Assembly (NCBI GenBank): GCA_016207165.1
Contig: JACQQD010000009.1
Coordinates: 32,001-96,000 of the forward strand
DNA length: 64,000 bases
DNA from: Candidatus Micrarchaeota archaeon
GTDB lineage: Archaea > Micrarchaeota > Micrarchaeia > Norongarragalinales > Norongarragalinaceae
Direction of reading: 5' to 3'
Of this stretch, positions 54,686 through 64,000 are shown piece by piece. Position 1 is the stretch's first letter. The number at the start of each line of letters is the position of its first letter. The notes beneath the pieces are model-generated. The model was not told the origin of the DNA. It saw only the letters and a list, made by a program, of their open reading frames with translations, and did not search any database. The position numbers and the translations under genes were made by a program.

Positions 54686-54952
54686 TTAATTTTTTTGAAG
54701 TCTTTTAATGGCTTCAAAAACCTCTTTTTCAGCCATTCTGGCAATTTTGAAATACCCGGTTCCGTACGGTTCAAGCGGCGTATGTTCTACGTGGTAACCT
54801 TTTTCCATGAGGCTGGTCATGATGTTTTGCAAGTCAAATTGTTTGCCGCCGCGTATTTCCTCGTATTTGACGCAGTAGTACGGTCCCTCCACCCAAACGT
54901 GTCGTATGTTGGCATGCGGGCACAGCTTCCTTTCAAGTATTTTGTGCGGCAT
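54686..54952 (-). CDS. Hypothetical 88-aa protein
   Basis: Fills the gap between pabB and pabC on the same strand. Confidence 0.55.
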   Translation of the reverse strand: MPHKILERKLCPHANIRHVWVEGPYYCVKYEEIRGGKQFDLQNIMTSLMEKGYHVEHTPLEPYGTGYFKIARMAEKEVFEAIKRLQKN

Positions 54953-54997
54953 TTGATCAGTCTACTTCACGATGACGGCGGACTTAACTCTTCTTTT

Positions 54998-56368
54998 CTA
55001 GCGCAGAGCCAGCTTCATGGCTTCCGCTTTGTCCAAGCTTTCTTGGTACTCTTTTTCCGGTACGGAGTCCGCCACGATGCCGCCCCCGGCGTGAAAATAC
55101 GCGGTTTGCTTTCCGTTTTCGTCTTTCTTAAAATACAGCGTGCGGATGAGGATGTTAAACGCCGCGTCGCCGTTCCAACCGATGAATCCCAATGAACCGG
55201 TGTAGGGCCCGCGGGCAACGGGTTCGACTTCCCTGAGGATTTGCATGGTTCTGACTTTGGGGCAGCCCGTGATGGTTCCTCCGGGAAACAAGGCGGAAAG
55301 CGCGTCAAAGGCGGTGGCGTCTTTTTTGAGGGTGCCTTGGATTTGGCTGACCAGATGCATGACGTGGGAATAGCGTTCCACGGTGAAGCCTTCTTGAACC
55401 AAAACGGTGCCGGTGAGGCTGATTTTTCCGACGTCGTTGCGTTCCAAGTCGACCAGCATGGCGTGTTCCGCGTTTTCTTTCGCGTTTTGTTTGAGTTCCA
55501 GTTCCAGTTGCTGGTCTTTGGCCTTGGTTTTGCCTCGTGGGCGAGTGCCGGCGATGGGTCGCGTAGTGACGGTTTGGCCGTTGATGGAGAACAAGAGTTC
55601 CGGGGACGCGGAGGCGATGGTCGTTTCTGGCGTGGTGAAGTAGGCGGCGTAGGGGGAGGGATTGATTTGGTTTAGTTTGATGAACACGTCGAATGGGTTC
55701 TTGGTGGTTTCCGCTTGGAAGCGTTGAGACAAATTGGCTTGAAAGGTTTCTCCGGTCTTGATTTTTTCTTTTATGGCGTTGACGGCGGCGAGGTATTGTT
55801 TTTGGGTGAAGTTGGACGCGATGTTTCCGGTTTTGCCTTTACGGGTTCTGGTTTTCGGTTTCCGGTTTTTTGGATTGATTTCTTGGAGTAGTTTCAGGCT
55901 TTTTTCTTGATCGCCGAATGAGAGCACTTTTTTTTTCTGGTGGTCAAAGGCCAGGCCGTGGTCGAAGAACAAAAAGTGCAGCCATGGCAGGTGGAGGTCG
56001 TCGGTTTTGGGTTTTGGGGCGTCTTCCAAATAATGCAGTGCCTCGTAGGACGGGTAGCCGACCATGCCGCCTTGGAAGGGCGGGCCGTGTTCGGACCACG
56101 TTTTGTTTTTGCGGTGGATTTCGTAGAGTTCTTTCAGGATTTCAAGGGGTTTTCTTGGGTCGGGTTTGCCGTTGACCCAACACGTGGCGCCGCGGGCCTT
56201 GAATTCGAGGAAGGGGTTGACGCAGAGGTACGACCAGCGGGCCGGGGGTTCAAGCGAACTTGACGGATGGGTCGTTACGTTCGTTTGTGGGGGGGAGTAA
56301 AGAAGGACGGCGTTTTCCGGGTTGAGGGCTGCAAACGCGTCCAGGGGGTTGAACCAAAAAGGGGGCAT
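54998..56368 (-). CDS. pabB: Aminodeoxychorismate synthase component I (MST family)
   Basis: PFQGGMVG, ASPEL, RPIAGTRPRG, EHAMLVDLERND, FPGGTITGCPK, GGGIVADS; folate context. Confidence 0.85.
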   Translation of the reverse strand: MPPFWFNPLDAFAALNPENAVLLYSPPQTNVTTHPSSSLEPPARWSYLCVNPFLEFKARGATCWVNGKPDPRKPLEILKELYEIHRKNKTWSEHGPPFQGGMVGYPSYEALHYLEDAPKPKTDDLHLPWLHFLFFDHGLAFDHQKKKVLSFGDQEKSLKLLQEINPKNRKPKTRTRKGKTGNIASNFTQKQYLAAVNAIKEKIKTGETFQANLSQRFQAETTKNPFDVFIKLNQINPSPYAAYFTTPETTIASASPELLFSINGQTVTTRPIAGTRPRGKTKAKDQQLELELKQNAKENAEHAMLVDLERNDVGKISLTGTVLVQEGFTVERYSHVMHLVSQIQGTLKKDATAFDALSALFPGGTITGCPKVRTMQILREVEPVARGPYTGSLGFIGWNGDAAFNILIRTLYFKKDENGKQTAYFHAGGGIVADSVPEKEYQESLDKAEAMKLALR

Positions 56369-56373
56369 TGCGT

Positions 56374-57957
56374 CTATCCGTATTTTTCCTTGACTTGCCT
56401 GATTTTCTCGTCGATTTTCTTCTCGGATTCGATGCGTTCCAAGCCGGTTTGGTTGCGGTGCACGAACTTCATGTATTTGGTCAGGCGGGGCTGGGCTTTG
56501 GCGGCTTCGTCGGCCATGGCTACCGCAACGCGTCGGTAGTCGGGGTGGCCTTGGGGCATGGAGCGTAGTTCCACGAGGTGGTAAAGCGCCCGCAGGTTCA
56601 ATGTGAAGTACCACTGGAGTCGAAACGCCATGGGCACGACGTACTGGGCCTGTCCGGGTTGGTCTTTGAATTCGTTGTACGCGTTTTGGGCCGAAAGCAG
56701 GGGGGCGGTGAATTGTTCTTTCAGGTCCGCGTCCACGATTTCAGGCGGCAGGTCAAAGCCGTGGTTGGTGGTCAAAAGCTGGCGGTGTTGGGTGAGCATG
56801 CGGTGCCTCTGCAAGTCGCGGTACGCGCCGTAGTTGGCTTGTATTGAAAATGTGTAGTTGGCGTGTTCAAAGGCTCGGCCGGGTTTGTGGCGGCGGTTCT
56901 GGCGGTGGGCGCAATACGCGTCAAGGACGTGCTGTTTTTGGTCGGGCGTCATTTTGGAAACGGTTTGCTTGAGCGTGGCCAAGTCGGCGTGGCTGGATTC
57001 GTATAATATGGCGGCCACGATTTTGTCTTCCGCCTTTTCGTCGTATTCCACTAGGATGACTTCCCTGTTTTGGGTGGAAGAAGGCGTGGCGATGGCTTGG
57101 AGTTGCGCCTGGGTTTGCTGGAAGAAGGCCTGCGTGGCTTTTCCGTGCTTGTCGTTGGCTCGCTTGACGAACGACGGAACTACTTTTTCGAGTTCGGCGT
57201 GCATGGCGGCGGCCGTGTCGCGGGCTTCCTGGAGCGGGGAGGCATACATTTTCAAGAGCAGGTATTCAAAGGCGCGTCCGTTGCCGAAAAGCCCCACGTT
57301 GGTTTGCGTGGCCGCCGGCAGCAAGCCCCGGAGGATGTCGCAGACTTTGGCGCGGGTAGCGCTTTGGTAGGCGCGGTCAGAGGAATCGGTTTGAGGGAAT
57401 TTTTCCTGGACGTATTTGGTGACGGGGTCCATCAAGGTGGTGTACGCGTCAAAGAGTGCGTCGCAGGTTTTCTCGTAGAGCGCGGAGTCGGTTTCCATCA
57501 GCAGCGGTTCGCGGTAGTAGGCGTATTTCCCGTTTTTTTTCTGGTTGAAGTAGACGTACCGCGTGCTTTTCTCTAAGGGGCTCAACCCGATTCGTCCGTC
57601 TTCCAGGATTTTGGTGACCACGTTGGACGTATTCTCGATGGCGATGTGGGCTCCGCCGAGTTCCGCCACCGAATCGTCGCCGAATCCGACCAGGACGCGG
57701 TCGTAGAATTGTTCGGCTTTTTGGATGGCCACCGTCTCGTCTTTTGTTGGCGCGGAAACGATTTGGTCAAATGCCATGTCTTGGTCCTGGATGAATTCGT
57801 CCAAGAGCACGCGGCGCAGGCTCTTGGTGGTGCGGCTGTACCTGGAAAACAAGGCGCCTTTGACGACTTCCGGGAGGTTGCGCAGGGCGAAGACGTCTTG
57901 GTCTAAGTTGGTAAAATAGGGCTTGAGGATGGCTTGCTCTTTGTCGTTGAACTCCAT
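56374..57957 (-). CDS. thyX: FAD-dependent thymidylate synthase, long two-domain form
   Basis: GALFSRYSR, GFGDDSVAEL, EKSTRY, RDLQRHR, ELRSMPQGHPDYR. Confidence 0.9.
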   Translation of the reverse strand: MEFNDKEQAILKPYFTNLDQDVFALRNLPEVVKGALFSRYSRTTKSLRRVLLDEFIQDQDMAFDQIVSAPTKDETVAIQKAEQFYDRVLVGFGDDSVAELGGAHIAIENTSNVVTKILEDGRIGLSPLEKSTRYVYFNQKKNGKYAYYREPLLMETDSALYEKTCDALFDAYTTLMDPVTKYVQEKFPQTDSSDRAYQSATRAKVCDILRGLLPAATQTNVGLFGNGRAFEYLLLKMYASPLQEARDTAAAMHAELEKVVPSFVKRANDKHGKATQAFFQQTQAQLQAIATPSSTQNREVILVEYDEKAEDKIVAAILYESSHADLATLKQTVSKMTPDQKQHVLDAYCAHRQNRRHKPGRAFEHANYTFSIQANYGAYRDLQRHRMLTQHRQLLTTNHGFDLPPEIVDADLKEQFTAPLLSAQNAYNEFKDQPGQAQYVVPMAFRLQWYFTLNLRALYHLVELRSMPQGHPDYRRVAVAMADEAAKAQPRLTKYMKFVHRNQTGLERIESEKKIDEKIRQVKEKYG

Positions 57958-57996
57958 GAGCAAAGTTTGTTAAGCGGCCGGTCAAACTTTAATCTT

Positions 57997-59214
57997 ATGC
58001 ATGTCCGCGAAGCGCGCCGGTGGCTGGAGGACTTGGCGCAGCCGGATTCGTGGCATTTGTCGCGCATGGAGCACTTGGTCAAGGACTCGGGCTTGGATTT
58101 GAATCGCTTTGAGTCCGTGTCCGTGGCCGGCACCAACGGCAAGGGCTCCACGTCGGCGTTCATTGCTTTCATTTGCAGGGCCGCAGGGCTGAAAACGGGT
58201 TGGTACACGTCCCCTCATTTGTTGGATGTGCGGGAACGCATTTGGGTGGACGGCCGGTTCATTTCCGAGAAGGAGTTCGCGGCCGTGGCGTCTTGGGCCC
58301 AGCCGTTGGTGGAAAAGCACCACGCCAGTTACTTTGAGGCCCTCACGTTGATGGCGTTCAAGCATTTCTTGGATCAAGGCGTGAAAATCGCCGTGCTGGA
58401 GGCGGGTTTGGGCGGCCGCTTGGATGCCACGGCGGTGGCCAAAGCCCAAACCAGCGTGGTGACGAACATCGCGTTGGAGCACAAGCTGCGTTTGGGCAAC
58501 AGTTTGACGAAGATCGCGTATGAAAAAGCCGGCATCATCCAGCCAAATGCCGTGGTTTTTACCGCCGCAAAGGGCGAGGCTTTTGACGTACTTGGAAAGG
58601 CCGCCGCGGAAAAAAAGGCGACGCTTTCCAAGGTGCCGCCGTTGCCGGTGGTGCAATCCACGCCGCTCGGCGTGCGGCTTGGGGCCAAAACGGTTCATTT
58701 GGGTTTGGATGGGTTGTTCCAAGCTGAGAATGCGGCGTTGGCCGTCGCCGTAGCCGGGGCGCTTAAGCGAAAAGGCTTCAGCATTTCCGTTGAGGCCGTG
58801 GCGTCGGGTCTAACATACGCGGTGATTCCCGGAAGGATGCAACGCATTGGCCGGTTCGTGGTGGATGGCGCGCACAACCCCGCGGCCATGGATGCGTTGG
58901 TTTCTTCCTTGCTTTCGCTGTATCCCGGAAAGCGTTGGCACGTCGTGTTCGGGGTTTTGGACGACAAGGATTACCCGGAGATGGTCCAGACGCTCTGCCG
59001 CCTGCCGTTGGACTCCGTCATGGTCGTCACTCCGAATTCGCCGCGGGGCTTGGATGCCGACACTCTTCTACCGTTTTTTTCCGAGCGCAAGGTTGACGCA
59101 GGCTTGGGTTCCGTGGACGCGTTGCCGGGGTTGTCCGGCGACGTGCTGGTGTGCGGTTCCTTGGTGTTGGCTGGCGAGGCCCTGGAAAAACTTGGAAAGC
59201 GCGTGGTGGCTTAG
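57997..59214 (+). CDS. folC: Folylpolyglutamate / dihydrofolate synthase
   Basis: VAGTNGKGS, YTSPHL, EAGLGGRLDAT, EKAGII, DGAHNP, CGSLVL. Confidence 0.95.
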   Translation: MHVREARRWLEDLAQPDSWHLSRMEHLVKDSGLDLNRFESVSVAGTNGKGSTSAFIAFICRAAGLKTGWYTSPHLLDVRERIWVDGRFISEKEFAAVASWAQPLVEKHHASYFEALTLMAFKHFLDQGVKIAVLEAGLGGRLDATAVAKAQTSVVTNIALEHKLRLGNSLTKIAYEKAGIIQPNAVVFTAAKGEAFDVLGKAAAEKKATLSKVPPLPVVQSTPLGVRLGAKTVHLGLDGLFQAENAALAVAVAGALKRKGFSISVEAVASGLTYAVIPGRMQRIGRFVVDGAHNPAAMDALVSSLLSLYPGKRWHVVFGVLDDKDYPEMVQTLCRLPLDSVMVVTPNSPRGLDADTLLPFFSERKVDAGLGSVDALPGLSGDVLVCGSLVLAGEALEKLGKRVVA

Positions 59215-61076
59215 CGTTTCTTGCGCGGGGTTTTGCCGCCGTATTTTTGGTTGAGTTTTTCGTAGGTTTTCTCGCTGATTTTTCCTTCTAAAAGGCGTTG
59301 TTCCAACAAATCGATGCGCTGTGTCTTGCTTAATGGTTGGGGTTTCTGGGTGTAGGCGACCAGAAAGCCGACTAGAACCACCAGGACGATGACGAGTACC
59401 GCGCCTAGGAACGCGTTGGGCGTGAAGCCGGCGTTCTGAACCGTGATTTGAACCGATCCGTCGGGGGCGCTGGTTGGAAGGTCTTGGGGCGCGGAGTCGT
59501 TCTCGCGGACGTGCAATTGGTTGAGGTTGGTTTGCAGTTCTTCGGCAAGTACCTTGAGTTTGATGGCGTTGACGACGTGGGTGACGTCGTCGAGGCGTTC
59601 GGCTTCCTGGACGCTGTACAGGGCGTGGGCGTAATAGAGTTGGCCCCAGGCGGTTTCCTGGAATTGGCTCAGGTCGTCGCGTTTCGGCAAAAGAGGGTTC
59701 AGCGGCAGTTCTCCGCGGGTGGCAATGAGGCCGCGGGCTTTGGAGAACGCGATGGCAAAGGAGGCGTCAAAGGAGGCCGTCAAGTAGTCGCCTTGATCCA
59801 AGGCGATTTGCGCGGTGTCCAAGTGGAAGATGGATTCGGAGTCCAAGGGGTTTTGGCTGACGGTCTGGTTGGCTTGCGCGACCCGCGTTTCCGCGTAGGT
59901 TTTCCAGGCGTTGGGGTTCACGGCGCTGCCTCCAAGTTCCGTGGCGGCTTGGTTCATTTCCTTTGCGGCGTCAAACCAGTTCTGCGCGGCGGCTAAGTCT
60001 TCGGTTAGCGACAACGCGTTTTCCGCCAGCGCCGAGCGCTCGCGGATGTCCTGCACGCGTTGTTGTGCCCAGTACCAGCGAAGCCGGGCGCCGGCGAGCC
60101 ACTCCAGGTTCTGGTTGGTGGGCGCGGCAAACCGGTACGCGTTCATCTGGTTTTCCAGTTGGTCCACGCGGGCCAAAAGGTCTTGTTTGGATAGGTTAGA
60201 CAAGCCGAAGGCTTGTGCCTGGATGTTGGTGATGAAGGCTTCGTTGGCGGCGGAGTAGTAGTATCCGTTGGAAATCAGGGTGTTGGACGTGTTGAGGCCT
60301 TGGCGGAGCACGTGGGCGATGATGGTGTCGGGTTGCACGGCTTGGAGGTTGGCCTGCATTTTCCGGACTTGGTCTTCGGCCAGCGCCTTGAGCGTGTCCA
60401 CTTCGCTTGTTTGCGCGTCCGCCACCGAGTAGAGGTTCAGGGGAGGCTCGAGGCGGGGGGTGACGTTGATGCGTTCTCCGTTGGGGGTGAAGGTGTACTC
60501 GATGGATTCCTCGAAGCTCTTGGATTCCACGACTTGCATGCTCCACTGGTTTTCCGCGTATTGGGCGAGGTCCACGCCGTTTTGAATGCTTTGCCCCAAT
60601 GGAATCAAGACCAGCTTGATGCCGGTTTTCTGGGAGGCTTGGACTTTCTCTAGGATGCCTCCGACTTGTCCGATGGCGCCCGTGGATTCAATGGTTCCCG
60701 TAGCCGTCATGTCGGTGCGTGGTTTTTTTCCGGTGAATTCCGCGTAGGCCAAGAGGGCGAGGGCGTGGCCTCCGGAGGGGCCGTCGACGACTTCCGTGTT
60801 GGCGATGATTTTGAAGAACACGTCGTATTTTTTGAGGTCGACTCCGGCTTTTTGGGCGGCTTGTTGTGCCGCGACTTTCGCCGAGTTCTGGGTTTCCACG
60901 GAGATGAAGGGTTCCACGTCGACAAAAACGCCGCCGGAACCGGGTTGGACGCGGGCTTCAATGGTGGTCACGATGCCTTGGCCGTCGGTGGTCACCGCGG
61001 GCACGGCCATGCTGGTCAGGCCTGACGCCAGCGTGGACAGCACCAGGAGCAATGCCGCAAGAAAACGGTAGTTCAT
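59211..61076 (-). CDS. Exported S16 (Lon-like) serine protease with helical region and C-terminal TM
   Basis: Signal peptide; VDGPSGG (Ser) and GGILEKVQA (Lys) dyad; no AAA domain. Confidence 0.88.
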   Translation of the reverse strand: MNYRFLAALLLVLSTLASGLTSMAVPAVTTDGQGIVTTIEARVQPGSGGVFVDVEPFISVETQNSAKVAAQQAAQKAGVDLKKYDVFFKIIANTEVVDGPSGGHALALLAYAEFTGKKPRTDMTATGTIESTGAIGQVGGILEKVQASQKTGIKLVLIPLGQSIQNGVDLAQYAENQWSMQVVESKSFEESIEYTFTPNGERINVTPRLEPPLNLYSVADAQTSEVDTLKALAEDQVRKMQANLQAVQPDTIIAHVLRQGLNTSNTLISNGYYYSAANEAFITNIQAQAFGLSNLSKQDLLARVDQLENQMNAYRFAAPTNQNLEWLAGARLRWYWAQQRVQDIRERSALAENALSLTEDLAAAQNWFDAAKEMNQAATELGGSAVNPNAWKTYAETRVAQANQTVSQNPLDSESIFHLDTAQIALDQGDYLTASFDASFAIAFSKARGLIATRGELPLNPLLPKRDDLSQFQETAWGQLYYAHALYSVQEAERLDDVTHVVNAIKLKVLAEELQTNLNQLHVRENDSAPQDLPTSAPDGSVQITVQNAGFTPNAFLGAVLVIVLVVLVGFLVAYTQKPQPLSKTQRIDLLEQRLLEGKISEKTYEKLNQKYGGKTPRKKR

Positions 61077-61162
61077 TGGAACTTCACGTAACGCAGGGCC
61101 TCCTCAAAAACGTTGCGCTGAACCTCGTATGCATGGAGCATGCTTTGTTTCAGGGGGCCGGT

Positions 61163-61426
61163 TTATTTGCCCAGGGCTTTTTTGAGTCCGCGGTAATCGG
61201 ATTCGTGCATGGCCACGGACACGCTTTCCTTGTTGCCGAACAAGTCGTAGTACGAGATTTGCACTTGGACTTTGTTCAGAGCCAAGTCCCCGGTTTTTTC
61301 CACGCTGATGACGTACGTGGTCTTGATGCGGACGGTTCGGCCGGCTTGGATGGTCAACACGTCGTCCGACACGCTGACGGACCCCGTGCCTTTGTCGGTG
61401 AACACCGTGTATTGCGCCGCCTTCAT
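61163..61426 (-). CDS. Small beta-rich hypothetical protein (PH-like pattern)
   Basis: Beta-strand-rich sequence with a terminal helix; divergent from rtcB. Confidence 0.55.
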   Translation of the reverse strand: MKAAQYTVFTDKGTGSVSVSDDVLTIQAGRTVRIKTTYVISVEKTGDLALNKVQVQISYYDLFGNKESVSVAMHESDYRGLKKALGK

Positions 61427-61503
61427 ACCACGATCTTGGGGTGGCACGTTTTTAAAGATTCCTCGCCCAAGAATACCTTGTAAAACCTTATTGTGTGATG
61501 GCC

Positions 61504-64000
61504 ATGCAACCCCAAGAAATTTCTCCCGGTATCTTCGAATTTGCGGCGGAAGGCAAAATGAATGTGCCCGTTCGGCTGGTGGCCCAGCCCCACATGCTTT
61601 CGCACGTCATGTCCGACCGGACGTTGAGCCAAGCCAAGAACGTGGCCACGCTTCCCGGACTCTTGGAGGCGTCGTTTGTCATGCCGGACGCCCACGAAGG
61701 CTACGGGTTTCCCATCGGCGGCGTGGCCGCTTTTGACGCGGAAGAGGGCGTTGTTTCTCCTGGCGGAATTGGTTATGACGTGAATTGCTTGGATCCGGGC
61801 AGCCGAATTTTGACGGAGTTTGGCTCCGTGAAAACGATTGGGTCACTTGAATCAACGTTTGCCGATACCGATGTCTCGGGCGCGTATTCACTTTCGCTTC
61901 AAAAACAGGGCGGACGTCTTGCATCTTTGGATGGCTCAGCGCTCACTTCCCAAGCGTTGTTGGCGGTGATGAAGAAACCGGCTGACAAGAAAATGTTGAA
62001 AGTCACAACGAAAACGGGCAAAGAACTCATTTGCTCGGAGGACCATCCTTTGCGATTGGGTACTTCTCTTAAACCGGCTGGACAACTGCGCGTCGGTGAT
62101 TCGCTTTCAGTCAAGTACTTTGAAGGCGTCGACCACGAGCCGATTGAGAAGGAAGAACATACCGCGCTACTGGCCAGGATTCTCGGATACTTCTTTGGCG
62201 ACGGGACGTTGTGCTTTTGCGGAAAAAAACTGCGTGCCGCGGCCTACGGTAAAAAGGAAGACATGGATCAGTTGGCCGAGGACATTTCACGTCTGGGTTT
62301 TCATCCTCGAGTGATTACTCGCACGAGAAATCACGTGATTTCAAGCCGATACGGCGTGAAGACGTTTACCGGAACCACCAGTGAAGTCTACGTGTCTCAA
62401 AACGCGTTTTGCGAAATGCTTAGAATTGCGGGAATGCCGGTCGGAAACAAGTCGTTCTCAGAATATTACGTTCCGCAATGGATCATGGATTCGCCGCGCT
62501 GGATTCAACGGCTTTTCCTGTCTGGATTTTTTGGCGCCGAACTTTCCTCACCCCGAACGCACACAAAAACCGGTTTTGACATGCCTGTTTTAAGCATGAA
62601 CAAAAATGAACTGTACAAAGCCAATGCACGATTTTTTCTCATTCAGGTCATGCGGTTGTTGGAAGGCTTTGGCGTGCAAACAAGCAAGATTTCCGAACGG
62701 TTCGAAGACAACAACCGGAAAGGACCCGTTATCCGGTTGCGTCTGCTGATTTCCGGTGATGAGCAAAACCTAATCACTTTGTGGACGAAAGTTGGCTTCT
62801 CGTATAACCATGAGAAACAACAATTAGCAGAAATTGCCTGCCGGTACATCCTCTTAAAGCGAACGGCGAACAGGCAACGTGTTCAAGCCAATGCCCAAAT
62901 CCAATCGTACAAATGCAAAGGATTAACGTTGGGTGAGATTCAGAAGAGTCTGTCACCATCCGGCTTAACTTCTGGATTTGTTGAGAAGTGCTTCCAGAAA
63001 AACACGCCCAAGCGAATTCCACTTGATTTCATTTCATTTGAGGACTTCAAACGCCGCGCATTTCTTGAGTTATCCGCTTTCGGCGCGTTGCAGGACCCGG
63101 TAGAATCCATTCAAGAAATTCTTTACCAGGGAGACGTTTACGACATCACCGTTGCAAAAACACATAATTTCATTGCCAACGGCATCTTCGTGTCCAATTG
63201 CGGCGTTCGCCTGCTTCGCACCAATTTGGCGTTCGACGAAGTCAGACCCGAGTTGGGTGCCTTGACGGATGCCTTGTTCCGAAACGTCCCGGCTGGGGTG
63301 GGAACCTTAAGCAAGGTGCGTTTCACGCCCAAGGAATTAGAGGATTTTGCGGTGCACGGCCTGGATCACGCCATTGATCAGGGCTTTGGCGTGGCGGAAG
63401 ACAAGGCGCACTGCGAGGAAAACGGCGTTTTTCGGGAAGCGGATTATTCCAAGGTGTCGGATTTGGCCAAGAAACGCGGGGCCCCGCAGTTGGGGACCTT
63501 GGGCTCCGGCAACCACTTCCTGGAAATCCAGCGTGTCGAAAAAGTTTTTGACGCCGAGAAAGCCAGGGCCTTCGGTTTGGAGCAAGGCCAAGTCACCGTC
63601 ATGATTCACTCCGGTTCGCGGGGCTTCGGCCACCAGATTTGCGACGATAACATCCGCGTCATGCTTCGCGCCGCAGAGAAGTACGGCATTTTTTTGCCGG
63701 ACCGCGAATTGTGTTGCGCGCCGCTTTCATCCCCGGAGGCGCAAGACTATCTGGGGGCCATGCGGTGTGCCGGCAATTACGCGTTCTGCAACCGCCAGTT
63801 CATGACGCATTGGGTGCGTGAAACGCTTTCCGAGGTATTCCGCAAAGACTGGAGGGACTTGGGCGTGGAACTGGTGTACGACGTGTGCCACAACATCGCC
63901 AAATTCGAAAAGCACGACGTCCAAGGCCAGATGCGGGAGGTCTGCGTACACCGCAAAGGCGCCACGCGCGCGTTCTGGAAGGGCCGCTCCGAAATTCCGT
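61504..64000 (+). CDS. rtcB: RNA ligase RtcB with intein; 3' end beyond the window
   Basis: Translated by hand (absent from the ORF track): MPDAHEGYGFPIGG, GYDVN/CGVR, GTLGSGNHFLE, HSGSRGFG, HNIAK, HRKGATRA. Confidence 0.95.
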   Translation, partial: MQPQEISPGIFEFAAEGKMNVPVRLVAQPHMLSHVMSDRTLSQAKNVATLPGLLEASFVMPDAHEGYGFPIGGVAAFDAEEGVVSPGGIGYDVNCLDPGSRILTEFGSVKTIGSLESTFADTDVSGAYSLSLQKQGGRLASLDGSALTSQALLAVMKKPADKKMLKVTTKTGKELICSEDHPLRLGTSLKPAGQLRVGDSLSVKYFEGVDHEPIEKEEHTALLARILGYFFGDGTLCFCGKKLRAAAYGKKEDMDQLAEDISRLGFHPRVITRTRNHVISSRYGVKTFTGTTSEVYVSQNAFCEMLRIAGMPVGNKSFSEYYVPQWIMDSPRWIQRLFLSGFFGAELSSPRTHTKTGFDMPVLSMNKNELYKANARFFLIQVMRLLEGFGVQTSKISERFEDNNRKGPVIRLRLLISGDEQNLITLWTKVGFSYNHEKQQLAEIACRYILLKRTANRQRVQANAQIQSYKCKGLTLGEIQKSLSPSGLTSGFVEKCFQKNTPKRIPLDFISFEDFKRRAFLELSAFGALQDPVESIQEILYQGDVYDITVAKTHNFIANGIFVSNCGVRLLRTNLAFDEVRPELGALTDALFRNVPAGVGTLSKVRFTPKELEDFAVHGLDHAIDQGFGVAEDKAHCEENGVFREADYSKVSDLAKKRGAPQLGTLGSGNHFLEIQRVEKVFDAEKARAFGLEQGQVTVMIHSGSRGFGHQICDDNIRVMLRAAEKYGIFLPDRELCCAPLSSPEAQDYLGAMRCAGNYAFCNRQFMTHWVRETLSEVFRKDWRDLGVELVYDVCHNIAKFEKHDVQGQMREVCVHRKGATRAFWKGRSEIP
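61786..63198 (+). mobile_element. 471-aa intein with LAGLIDADG homing endonuclease in rtcB
   Basis: Starts CLDPGSRIL, SEDHP block B, ILGYFFGDG and FLSGFFGAE, ends HNFIANGIFVSN/C; frame intact; looks more AT-rich than the exteins. Confidence 0.93.

Noticed and set aside
62096-63965. Short ORFs at the right end suggesting a decayed region
   Set aside because: Manual translation shows one open rtcB-intein frame, missing from the track only because its stop lies beyond the window.

Overview
Archaeal chromosomal window of moderately high GC. aIF-1A, RIO1, archaeal TIM, ATP-dependent ligase, translin, CTP-dependent riboflavin kinase, DUF424 and giant N-anchored surface proteins suggest a DPANN, Micrarchaeota/Iainarchaeota-like organism (inference). 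It carries housekeeping genes (argS, lig, two tandem ftsZ, intein-containing rtcB running off the right edge) and many biosynthetic genes: a mixed archaeal/bacterial riboflavin operon, a serine operon with a divergent Lrp, glyA, gdhA, a tryptophanase-like lyase, and a thyX-pabB-pabC-folP/folB-folK-folC folate cluster. There are also two clusters of small membrane proteins and several cell-surface proteins. Highlights: (1) a 94-95 bp double-hairpin element in three copies with compensatory stem changes, always co-oriented just after a stop codon; (2) a 1601-aa surface protein ending in a Hint domain lacking the terminal Asn; (3) FolK fused to a domain resembling the Helicobacter FolP N-terminal pteroate-reductase extension, next to thyX; (4) hairpin-rich intergenic regions around tandem FtsZ2-like paralogues that share identical DNA tracts; (5) a 51-bp duplication of the translin 3' end. 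No CRISPR array, tRNA or rRNA was recognised. All calls come from reading motifs by eye; no database searches were run.
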